Origin: a virus
Virus record (IMG/VR): IMGVR_UViG_3300045972_000291
Location: 377 to 64,376 of that record
Length of the DNA stretch: 64,000 nt
Direction: 5' to 3' (one strand)
The first letter of the stretch is position 1. Each line of letters opens with the position of its first letter. This document shows positions 34,390 through 42,751 of this stretch, piece by piece. The position numbers and the translations under genes were made by a program. The notes beneath the pieces were generated by a model, which saw only the letters and a list, made by a program, of their open reading frames with translations, had not been told where the DNA came from and made no database searches.

Positions 34390-35850
34390 ATGACGCAATA
34401 TCGCCTGCCGACCGGCGCCGCCGACGCGGTGGCGATGGACCGCGCCTCCGTGCGCACGACCGACCGCGACGGCCATCTCCACGTCGAAATCGCGAACATC
34501 TCCAAGGCTGCGGTCAATCCCTACATCGGGCGCGAGATCGTCGGATGGGAAGGACTTGGGCTCGATCCCGACAAGGTCTACAAGCTCTTCCGCGATCCCG
34601 ATGAACTGGAGCAAGCGGCGCCGTCGCTGTCCGGCAAGCCGCTGCTTCTGGTTCACCGCCCCGTCAAGGCCGATGATCACCCGCGCACGATCACCGTCGG
34701 GGCGATGGGGACCGAACCCAGTTTCGAGGCGCCATTCCTGCGGGATGCGCTGACGATCTGGGACAAAGAGGCCTTGGACCTCATCAATTCCGACCGGCAG
34801 AAAGAGCTTTCCGCCGGCTACCACTACACGCCCGACATGACGCCCGGAACCTATGAGGGCGAGTCCTACGACGGCGTGATGCGCGACATCGCCTTCAATC
34901 ATGTCGCATTGGTCGAACGCGGCCGCGCCGGGTCGGAATGTTTTGTCGGCGATTCAGCAGGAGAAGTAGAAATGGCTCAAAAACCGCTGTCCCGTAAGGC
35001 GGCTTTGTTGCAGGGGGCGGCGCTGGCCTTTCTGCATCCGAAGATCGCTCAGGATTCCAAGATCGACCTCGCGCCGCTCTTTGCCGGCGTCACGGCCAAG
35101 AATTTCGGCGACAAGAAAAAGGGCATCGCCGAGGGCCTGGTCAAGGCTGTTTCGGGCAAGCTCGCCCAGGACGCTAGTCTCGACCTCGAAGCCGCCGAAA
35201 AGCTGCTCGACGCCCTGTCGGACATCAACCCTGTCGAGGCGCAGGACGAACCGCCGGCGCCGCTCGTCCCCGGCAAGGTCCCGGGCCGCGAGAAGGAGGC
35301 CTGCGACGCCGACATCGGCAGCAAGGTCAAGGAATTGCTCGGGGGCAAGATCGACGACGCGACCATGGCTACGCTCGACAAGCTGCTCGAAGGCATCGGC
35401 GCGGCCGGGGCCGAACATGAGAATTCCGAAATCGCCGGCGACGGCGACGATGACGAGGAGGCCAAGCGCAAGGCCGAAGAGGAAGAGCGCGCCAAGCGCG
35501 AGAAGGAAAAGGACATGGTGACGAAACCCGCAATGGACGCGGCGCTCGCCGCCAATGAGAAGAAGATCATCGCCCGCATGCAGGACGCGGCCCGCGCACG
35601 TGAAGCCGTCCGCGCCGATGTCGGCGTCCTGGACATCGCGCTCGACAGCGCTGAGTCGATCTACCGGGCTGCGCTCGGAGCCCTCGGCTGCAAGACCGCC
35701 GCGACGCTGCCGGCCGAAGGCCTCGCCGATCTCTACGCGGCATGGCCGAAACCCAGCGCGCAGCGCCGCACCCCCGCCATTGCCCAGGACAGCGCCGCTG
35801 ACGCGGACTATCTGGCGCAGTTCCCCAACGCGCGCCGCCTCAAGGCCTAA
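34390..35850 (+). CDS. DUF2213 prohead protease/scaffold
   Basis: ELSAGYHY...GVMRDIAFNHVALVERGRAG, followed by acidic scaffold region. Confidence 0.9.
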   Translation: MTQYRLPTGAADAVAMDRASVRTTDRDGHLHVEIANISKAAVNPYIGREIVGWEGLGLDPDKVYKLFRDPDELEQAAPSLSGKPLLLVHRPVKADDHPRTITVGAMGTEPSFEAPFLRDALTIWDKEALDLINSDRQKELSAGYHYTPDMTPGTYEGESYDGVMRDIAFNHVALVERGRAGSECFVGDSAGEVEMAQKPLSRKAALLQGAALAFLHPKIAQDSKIDLAPLFAGVTAKNFGDKKKGIAEGLVKAVSGKLAQDASLDLEAAEKLLDALSDINPVEAQDEPPAPLVPGKVPGREKEACDADIGSKVKELLGGKIDDATMATLDKLLEGIGAAGAEHENSEIAGDGDDDEEAKRKAEEEERAKREKEKDMVTKPAMDAALAANEKKIIARMQDAARAREAVRADVGVLDIALDSAESIYRAALGALGCKTAATLPAEGLADLYAAWPKPSAQRRTPAIAQDSAADADYLAQFPNARRLKA

Positions 35851-35865
35851 CCGGAGTTTCCTGCC

Positions 35866-36372
35866 ATGTCTTTCCAAACTCAGGTCAACCTGACCCAGGC
35901 GCCCGCCGTTGAAGGCGACATCGCGTCCACCAACCCGCGCCATTCCCTGCTCGGCGCCGCCGGCTCCTGGACTGCCGGCGCCGGCGGCATCACCATCGGC
36001 CGTTTTGCCTGGGGCGATCTCGCCTCCACCGATTCGGTTCTCGTCAACTCCGGGTCCGGCGTCCCGACGTGCTTCGTCTGCCGCGAATTCGGCGAGGCGA
36101 TGATCACGAGCTATCTCGCGGAATCCGGCCAGGTCATTCCCCAGGGTTTCCAGGTCGGATCGGCGTTCGTCTCCGGCGATTACTGGGTCAAGAACACGGG
36201 CGCCGGCGCCGTCACCGTGAACATGAAGGCGTTCGCCTCCAACACCACGGGCCAGGTCCAGTTCGCCGCCGCCGGCGCGACCGTGGCCGGCTACACCGAG
36301 ACCAAATGGTACGCCGCGACCGCTGGGGCCGCGGGCGAACTGATCAAGATGACCAGCGTGTCGCTGGATTGA
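35866..36372 (+). CDS. Capsid decoration/cement protein
   Basis: MSFQTQVNLTQAPAVEGDIASTNP...GDYWVK; located between protease and capsid. Confidence 0.8.
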   Translation: MSFQTQVNLTQAPAVEGDIASTNPRHSLLGAAGSWTAGAGGITIGRFAWGDLASTDSVLVNSGSGVPTCFVCREFGEAMITSYLAESGQVIPQGFQVGSAFVSGDYWVKNTGAGAVTVNMKAFASNTTGQVQFAAAGATVAGYTETKWYAATAGAAGELIKMTSVSLD

Positions 36373-36394
36373 TAACCGCTTAAGGAGCGCAATT

Positions 36395-37435
36395 ATGAAA
36401 CTCAGCCAGCACCGCGCGCGCCTTGAGCGCGATTGGGGCATCGTGTCCCTTGCCCAGGACTATTTGCCCCCCGAATTCGCCAGCAGCTTCACGATGGCTT
36501 GCGACGCTCAACCGGCGCTCGTCACGACATCGAACTCCGGCATTCCGGCTTATTTCACCAACTGGATCGACCCGGAAGTGATCCGCGTCCTCCAGTCCCC
36601 GAACGAGGGCGCCAATATCCTCGGCGAGCGCAAGACCGGCACATGGACCACACGCACGGCGATCTTCCCGGTGACGGAAAACGTCGGCGAAGTGGCCGCT
36701 TATGGCGACCGCAGCTCGAGCGGGAAATCGAACGCGAACGCGACGTTCCCCCAGCGCCAGAGCTTCCATTTCCAGACCAATATCGAGTACGGAGACCGCG
36801 AAGTCGAGGAGGCCGGCGAAGCAAAACTGAACTGGGTTTCGGAGCAGAAGTATTCCGCAGCCCAGACCTTGGACAAGTTCGCCGACTATACGTATCACTA
36901 CGGCGTCGCGAACCTCCAGAACTACGGCCTGTTGAACGACCCGGCGCTGTCGGCCGCGCTCACCCCGATCACGAAGACGGCGACGTCGACGACCTCGTGG
37001 GGCACGACCGGCAACTACGCCGCTCCGAACGAAATCTTCGTCGATTTCCAGATCCTGTTCAACAAGCTCATCGCGCAGACCGGTGGCCGGGTAAAGTCCA
37101 AGGATGCCCTGACCCTGGCGCTGTCGCCGTCCCGCGAGGCGGCGCTGCTTTCGGTCAACATCTACGGCCTGTCGGCGACGAAGCTGGTCAAGGACGCGTT
37201 CCCGAACCTCACCATCAAGTCGTCGCCGCGCTATTCGACGGCCGGCGGCGAAGTGCTGCAACTGATCGCCGACAAATTCGGCGGCAAGGACACCGGCTAT
37301 TGCGCCTTCACCGAAAAGCTGCGCGAGCACGCCCTGATCCGCCACTCGTCCTATATCGAGCAGAAGGTCTCCGGCGGCACCTGGGGCGCGATCATTCGCT
37401 TCCCCGTGGCCATTGCGCAGATGCTGGGGGTTTGA
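36395..37435 (+). CDS. Major capsid protein (DUF2184-like)
   Basis: MACDAQPALVT..NSGIPA, FPQRQSFHFQT, YGLLNDP, KVSGGTWGAIIRFP. Confidence 0.9.
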   Translation: MKLSQHRARLERDWGIVSLAQDYLPPEFASSFTMACDAQPALVTTSNSGIPAYFTNWIDPEVIRVLQSPNEGANILGERKTGTWTTRTAIFPVTENVGEVAAYGDRSSSGKSNANATFPQRQSFHFQTNIEYGDREVEEAGEAKLNWVSEQKYSAAQTLDKFADYTYHYGVANLQNYGLLNDPALSAALTPITKTATSTTSWGTTGNYAAPNEIFVDFQILFNKLIAQTGGRVKSKDALTLALSPSREAALLSVNIYGLSATKLVKDAFPNLTIKSSPRYSTAGGEVLQLIADKFGGKDTGYCAFTEKLREHALIRHSSYIEQKVSGGTWGAIIRFPVAIAQMLGV

Positions 37436-37438
37436 GCC

Positions 37439-37846
37439 ATGGGAACGACCGTTACCGTTGCATCCAAACTTCCGCATGGGCTCATCCTGCAGAACAGCCG
37501 CCCCATCATGGACGGCGAAAAGGTCCTGACGTGGGTCAAGGAAGGCCCTGAGGTCGTCATCAAAGGCGCGGCGACCCGCGTCGGCGAGGTGATCGGCAAG
37601 GAGATCGCCGGCGGGTTCGCGCTGACGCATGGCGTCGACGCCGAATTCTTCGCGGCATGGATCGCCCATCATGCGGAATTTCCCGCCGTGAAGGAGGGTC
37701 TGATCTTCGCTTACGAGAAGCCCAACGCGGCTGCGTCGCAGGCGAAGGAGTTCGCGGAACTGAAATCGGGGTTCGAGCCTGTCGACCCGGAAAACCTGCC
37801 CGACGAATTCAAAGCGCCCGGGGCGTCCATCGAGAAGTCGGCCTGA
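37439..37846 (+). CDS. Head-associated structural protein
   Basis: TVTVASKLPHGL...FALTHGVDAEFF; follows the capsid gene. Confidence 0.7.
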   Translation: MGTTVTVASKLPHGLILQNSRPIMDGEKVLTWVKEGPEVVIKGAATRVGEVIGKEIAGGFALTHGVDAEFFAAWIAHHAEFPAVKEGLIFAYEKPNAAASQAKEFAELKSGFEPVDPENLPDEFKAPGASIEKSA

Positions 37847-37849
37847 TCG

Positions 37850-38275
37850 ATGGGCGCCGTCGCCAGCTTCAACGGCTCAGCCTGGATGGCCCGCTATCCG
37901 GAATTCAGGCATGTGCCGCTGACGCTGGTCGAATCCTACTTTGCCGAGGCCGGGCTCTATCATTCCAATGATGGGTCCGGCCCGGTTCGCGATGCCGGCC
38001 AACAGCTGCTGCTGATGGGCATGGTGACGGCGCACATCGCGGCGCTCTATGCCAGAAATGAGGACGGTGAGGCGGCGTCGCCGCTCGTCGGCCGCATCAC
38101 GAACGCGTCCGAGGGCAGCGTCTCGGTTCAGACCCAAAGCGATTATCCGCCCGGCTCGGCGCAGTGGTGGCAGCAGTCCAAATACGGCGCATCCTATTGG
38201 GCCGCGACATCGGGCTACCGCACCATGCATTACCGGCCCGGCCGCGGGCGCTTTCTTGGGTCAGTCCCGCGCTGA
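37850..38275 (+). CDS. Head-tail adaptor (DUF4054-like)
   Basis: RYPEF...AHIAAL...VGRITNASEGSVSV...WWQQSKYGASYW. Confidence 0.85.
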   Translation: MGAVASFNGSAWMARYPEFRHVPLTLVESYFAEAGLYHSNDGSGPVRDAGQQLLLMGMVTAHIAALYARNEDGEAASPLVGRITNASEGSVSVQTQSDYPPGSAQWWQQSKYGASYWAATSGYRTMHYRPGRGRFLGSVPR

Positions 38276-38811
38276 TGGCGACGATCAGAGGCGGCGACAA
38301 GCTCACCGAGCGCCTGCAGGAGATTGCCAAGGGGTTATCTTCGGCGAAAACGGTTCAGGTCGGGTTTTTGCCAGATGCGGTTTACGATAACGGGACATTT
38401 GTCGCGACGATCGCCGCAATTCAAGAATTTGGCGCGCCAAAGGCCGGAATCCCACCGCGCCCCTTCTTCCGTGCCATGATCAATGATCACAGCGGCGAAT
38501 GGCCCGGCGCGGTCAAGGATCAGCTCAAGGAAACCGATTACGATGCCGCCAAGACGCTGACGCATGTCGGCGCCGGCATTGCCGGGCAGTTGCAGCAATC
38601 GATCGCCGACACCAGCAGCCCGCCATTGAGCCAGACCACGCTGATGCTCCGCAAGATGAAAGCCGACGATCCCGACCTGGTTGTGACCGGAAAGACCGTT
38701 GGTGAGGCCGCAGCAAAGGTCGCGGCCGGCGAAAGCGCCGCGGGCGTCTCGACAAAGCCGCTGGTCGAAAGCGGTCATCTCTTGGCGTCCGTCGACTATG
38801 TCGTGAAGTGA
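38275..38811 (+). CDS. Neck protein (HK97 gp10-like)
   Basis: IAAIQEFGAPKAGIPPRPFFR...KPLVESGHLLASV. Confidence 0.8.
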   Translation: MATIRGGDKLTERLQEIAKGLSSAKTVQVGFLPDAVYDNGTFVATIAAIQEFGAPKAGIPPRPFFRAMINDHSGEWPGAVKDQLKETDYDAAKTLTHVGAGIAGQLQQSIADTSSPPLSQTTLMLRKMKADDPDLVVTGKTVGEAAAKVAAGESAAGVSTKPLVESGHLLASVDYVVK

Positions 38812-38818
38812 GGGGACG

Positions 38819-39187
38819 ATGAACCTGCATCGCATCGTTTCGAAGTCCGTCGGCGTGGTCAACCCGATGCAGCCGATCACCATAAGCCCGTCCATCGGTT
38901 CCACGACGGGCGCCGACGGCAAGCGGACGCCGTCCTATGGACCCGCGGTGCAGGCGAGGGCGCAAATCCAGCCGCTGCAATACACCGACATCGTCCAACT
39001 CGATGGGCTCAACATCCAGGGCAAGCGCCGGGCGCTCTACATCGACGGCAACTGGGAAGGCATCGTCCGCGCCGACAAAAAGGGCGGCGATCTGATCACC
39101 TTCAGCGACGGCTCGAGCTGGCATGTGGTTCTTGTCCTCGAGTCGTGGCCGGATTGGTGCAAGGTCGCCGTGACGGAACAGGTCTGA
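38819..39187 (+). CDS. Head-closure/neck protein
   Basis: MNLHRIV...VNP...GGDLI...W.V..VLESWPDWCKV. Confidence 0.75.
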   Translation: MNLHRIVSKSVGVVNPMQPITISPSIGSTTGADGKRTPSYGPAVQARAQIQPLQYTDIVQLDGLNIQGKRRALYIDGNWEGIVRADKKGGDLITFSDGSSWHVVLVLESWPDWCKVAVTEQV

Positions 39188-39188
39188 A

Positions 39189-39905
39189 ATGCCGGTTTCG
39201 ATTTCGCCGACGCAATCTGAGGTTCAGACGGCGCTTCGATCTTTTTTGCTCAGCATCCTGCCTGACGGGACCGAGGTCATCGAGGGCCAGGACAACGACG
39301 TCGCCGAACCGATCGGCCCCGATTTCGTCGTCATGACCCCGATCCTGCGCAACAGGCTTTCGACCAACATCGACGATTATGTCGACGCCACGTTCACGGG
39401 ATCGATAGCGGGAACGACGCTCACGGTCTCAGATGTCCACGCCGGCGCGCTGGTTGTCGGCGGCCCGGTCTATGGGGCCGCTATCGCGCCAGGAACCGTC
39501 ATTTCATCCTTCGGGACAGGAACGGGCGGAGTCGGGACCTATGCCGTCAACAATGCGCAGACCGTCGCGCCGGGGCTGATTGCCTCAGGCTCCGCGCGGA
39601 TGACGCAGCCGACGCAGCTGACGGTCCAGATCGACATCCATGGGCCGAACAGCCCGGAACATGCGCAAATCGTTTCGACGCTGCTCCGCGATGACTACGC
39701 GACGCAAAGATTCAAGGAACTGAACCCTGACGTCTGCCCGCTTTTTGCCGGCGACCCGAGAGAAATCCCGTTCAGCAACGCGGAACAGCAGCTTGAATTC
39801 CGGTGGATCGTTGACGCGGTCCTTCAGGTCAACGCCACCGTCATCGTGCCGGGGCAGCAATTCTTCACCACCGCCGAAATCACGCCAGGCCACGCCGGCG
39901 TCTAA
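39189..39905 (+). CDS. Tail terminator/neck protein with inserted beta-rich module
   Basis: Precedes sheath; VQIDIHGP, EQQLEFRW motifs. Confidence 0.7.
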   Translation: MPVSISPTQSEVQTALRSFLLSILPDGTEVIEGQDNDVAEPIGPDFVVMTPILRNRLSTNIDDYVDATFTGSIAGTTLTVSDVHAGALVVGGPVYGAAIAPGTVISSFGTGTGGVGTYAVNNAQTVAPGLIASGSARMTQPTQLTVQIDIHGPNSPEHAQIVSTLLRDDYATQRFKELNPDVCPLFAGDPREIPFSNAEQQLEFRWIVDAVLQVNATVIVPGQQFFTTAEITPGHAGV

Positions 39906-39920
39906 AGAAGGATCACTCCC

Positions 39921-41648
39921 TTGACGATTCCTGCTTCATATGACGTCCAAATCCTTCCCGGCGTCATCAACGGCGGAGGTTCCGCGCTCGACCTCAACGG
40001 GTTGATGCTGACCAAGAATTCGCGCGTGCCGATTGGAACCGTGCGGTCATTTTCTTCGGCAGCGGCCGTCTCGGCGTTCTTCGGCCCGACGTCGACCGAA
40101 TTCGCGGACGCGACGGTTTATTTTTCCGGCTATGAGAACGCCACGGCGACGCCGGGAGCGCTGCTGGTCGCGCAATACCCCGCCACGCCCGTCGCGGCAT
40201 GGCTGCGCGGCGGTAGCGTCGCCGGGCTCACCATCGCGCAGCTGGACGCCTTGAGCGGGTCCCTGTCCATCGTCATGGACGGCTATCCCCATTCTGCCGC
40301 GACCGTGAACCTTTCCGGCGCGACATCCTTCTCCGCCGCCGCTGCGCTGATCCAGGCCGCTATTGACGCCATCGCGCCGGTCGAGGCCACGTTCACCGGT
40401 TCGATTTCCGGGACGACGCTGACCGTCTCGTCCGTGGCGTCGGGCACGCTCTCCATTGGCCAGACCATCCCGAGCGCGGGCGTCGCAGCCAATACCATCA
40501 TCACCGGGCTCGGGACCGGGACGGGGCTGGCGGGCACCTATACGGTCTCGGTGTCGCAGGCCGTCTCGTCCGAAAGCATGACCGCCGTCGCCACAGCCCC
40601 GACCGTGACCTACGACAGCCTGTCGGGCGGGTTCGTCGTGACATCAGGCATCACTGGCGCGCCGTCGATGGCGGCGTTCGCCACCGGCACGCTCGCGGAC
40701 GCTTTGATGCTGACGCAGGCCACCGGCGCGACCCTCTCGCAGGGCGCGGCCGCGACGACGCCCGGCGCCTTCATGAATGCGCTCACGCTGCTGACCCAGA
40801 ACTGGGCCACGTTCTGGACTGCGTTCGATCCGGACAGCGGGACCGGCAACGCGCAAAAGCTCCAGTTCGCGCAGTGGGTGAATTCGACCAACAACCGCTA
40901 CGCCTATGTCGCATGGGACACCGACATCACGCCGTCGCTCAGCACGACCGCGTCGACGTCGGTGGGCGCCCTCATCGCGGCCGCCGGCCTTTCCGGGACG
41001 GTTCCGATCTGGGTTCCCGTCGGCTCGAACCTCCACCACGCCGCGTTCTTCTGCGGCATGGTCGCCGCGACCGATGTTGAGCGGCTGAACGGCAATATCA
41101 CCCACAAATTCCGGACCCAGAGCGGCCTTGTCGCCTCCGTCGCCGATCAGCAGACCGCGACGAACCTCAAGGCGAACGGTTACAACTGCGTCGGCGCCAT
41201 CGCCACCGCGAACCAGCCCTTCGTCTATTATCGTGAGGGCACGATTTCCGGCCCGTTCCAGTGGTCGAATACTTACGTCAACGAAATCTGGCTCAACAAC
41301 GCGCTGCAGCTCTCCGTACTGGAGTTCATGACGCAGGTCGGCTCCGTTCCGTACAATCACACCGGCGCCGGCCTGATCGAGGCGGCGTGCCTCGATCCGA
41401 TCGCGCAGGCCCTGAATTTCGGCGCCATCGTGACCGGTGTGGCGCTGTCGAACGCACAGATCGCGGAAATCACCAACCGCGTCGGGTTCGACGTCTCGGC
41501 GACGCTGTTCGACCGCGGCTGGTACATGCAGGTTCAGGTCGCGACATCGCAGGTCCGCCAGGCGCGCACGTCGCCGCCGATCCTGTTTTTCTATACCGAC
41601 GGCGGCAGCGTCCACAACATCGTCATTCCGTCCATCGACGTCCAGTAA
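39921..41648 (+). CDS. Tail sheath protein (DUF3383-like)
   Basis: MTIPAS...PGVINGGG, QNWATF, NGYNC.G, GSVPYN..G, YTDGGSVH. Confidence 0.9.
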   Translation: MTIPASYDVQILPGVINGGGSALDLNGLMLTKNSRVPIGTVRSFSSAAAVSAFFGPTSTEFADATVYFSGYENATATPGALLVAQYPATPVAAWLRGGSVAGLTIAQLDALSGSLSIVMDGYPHSAATVNLSGATSFSAAAALIQAAIDAIAPVEATFTGSISGTTLTVSSVASGTLSIGQTIPSAGVAANTIITGLGTGTGLAGTYTVSVSQAVSSESMTAVATAPTVTYDSLSGGFVVTSGITGAPSMAAFATGTLADALMLTQATGATLSQGAAATTPGAFMNALTLLTQNWATFWTAFDPDSGTGNAQKLQFAQWVNSTNNRYAYVAWDTDITPSLSTTASTSVGALIAAAGLSGTVPIWVPVGSNLHHAAFFCGMVAATDVERLNGNITHKFRTQSGLVASVADQQTATNLKANGYNCVGAIATANQPFVYYREGTISGPFQWSNTYVNEIWLNNALQLSVLEFMTQVGSVPYNHTGAGLIEAACLDPIAQALNFGAIVTGVALSNAQIAEITNRVGFDVSATLFDRGWYMQVQVATSQVRQARTSPPILFFYTDGGSVHNIVIPSIDVQ

Positions 41649-41681
41649 TCGGGCGTTTCTCGCCAATCCAGGAGCGCCGTC

Positions 41682-42116
41682 ATGGCCGATATCACTTCCG
41701 CCAATTCCGTCCTGATCTTGACCGCAGTCGGCGTCTGGAACGGGCCGCAGCAGATCCAGGGCTACGCAACCGACGACGTCTATTCGGCCGATCCACTGGA
41801 CATCGCAGAGACGATGATGGGCGTCGACGGCGGCCTGTCCGCCGGGTTCGTCTACAACGCGCTTCCCGTCGCCTACAATCTCATGGCCGGGTCGCCATCG
41901 ATCGCGCTGTTCGACGCTCTCTACACCCAGAGCCGGCAGACGCGGTCGATCTATTGGCTCAATGGCTCGATCACGCTGCCGTCGCTCGGGATGAAATACG
42001 CGCTGGTCAATGGCGTGCTGAAAACTTACCCGGCGATTCCCGACGGCGGCAAGGTGCTGAAGCCGCGCAAATTCTCCATCGTCTGGGAATCGATCAGCCC
42101 GGCAAGGTCGAATTGA
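41682..42116 (+). CDS. Tail tube protein
   Basis: ITSANS...IQGYATDD...MGVDG.LSAG; follows sheath. Confidence 0.85.
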   Translation: MADITSANSVLILTAVGVWNGPQQIQGYATDDVYSADPLDIAETMMGVDGGLSAGFVYNALPVAYNLMAGSPSIALFDALYTQSRQTRSIYWLNGSITLPSLGMKYALVNGVLKTYPAIPDGGKVLKPRKFSIVWESISPARSN

Positions 42117-42130
42117 CGGAGTGAGGCCAG

Positions 42131-42574
42131 ATGGCGCGCAAGGAAATCGATATCACGATCACGGACGAGGGGCGGGATAAGGGAAAGATTTTCCATATCC
42201 GGGAAATGGACGCGGATCGCGCGGAAAGGTGGGCGGCTCGCGTGTTGCTGGCCATGGCCAAGGGTGGCGTCGAAATCCCAGAAGGGTTTGAGGACCAGGG
42301 CCTTTTGGGTGTTTTCGTCACCGGGTTGAATTCCCTCAAAAACCTGACGTTCCCGGACGCCGCCGAACTGATGGACGAAATGTTCACATGCATATCAATC
42401 CGGCCTGATCCCAGAAACGCGCCGGACTTTCTTCGTCACGAGTTGCTTTCCGACGACATCGAGGAGGTCGCTACACGGGTTAAGTTGCGCGCGGAGGTGC
42501 TGAATCTCCACACGGGTTTTTCGCTCGCCGCGCTCAAGTCGAGGTTCGTCTCGATGAAACGTGCGGCGGCCTGA
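42131..42574 (+). CDS. Tail assembly chaperone (G-like)
   Basis: EGRDKGKIFHIREM..RAERWA...DIEEVAT...LR; position before tape measure. Confidence 0.85.
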   Translation: MARKEIDITITDEGRDKGKIFHIREMDADRAERWAARVLLAMAKGGVEIPEGFEDQGLLGVFVTGLNSLKNLTFPDAAELMDEMFTCISIRPDPRNAPDFLRHELLSDDIEEVATRVKLRAEVLNLHTGFSLAALKSRFVSMKRAAA

Positions 42575-42747
42575 TCAATTATGCAAATGTCCCGCGCATC
42601 ATCGGCGCCGTGATATCGAACGACAAAGCTAGTCTTCGGGATTGCCAGGAGTTTTATTCGGCGCAAGACATCTATGATCTTTACGAACTGATCCTGGTCG
42701 ACGCCCATAATTCAAAATTACTGCACGAAAATGCGATGAAGGACTGA
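42514..42747 (+). CDS. -1 frameshift extension of tail chaperone (GT-like)
   Basis: Slippery G GGT TTT at 42514-42520; -1 frame open to TGA 42745-47, encoding ...NYANVPRIIGAVIS...YSAQDIYDLYELILVDAHN. Confidence 0.8.
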   Translation, partial: GFFARRAQVEVRLDETCGGLINYANVPRIIGAVISNDKASLRDCQEFYSAQDIYDLYELILVDAHNSKLLHENAMKD

Positions 42748-42751
42748 TCCC

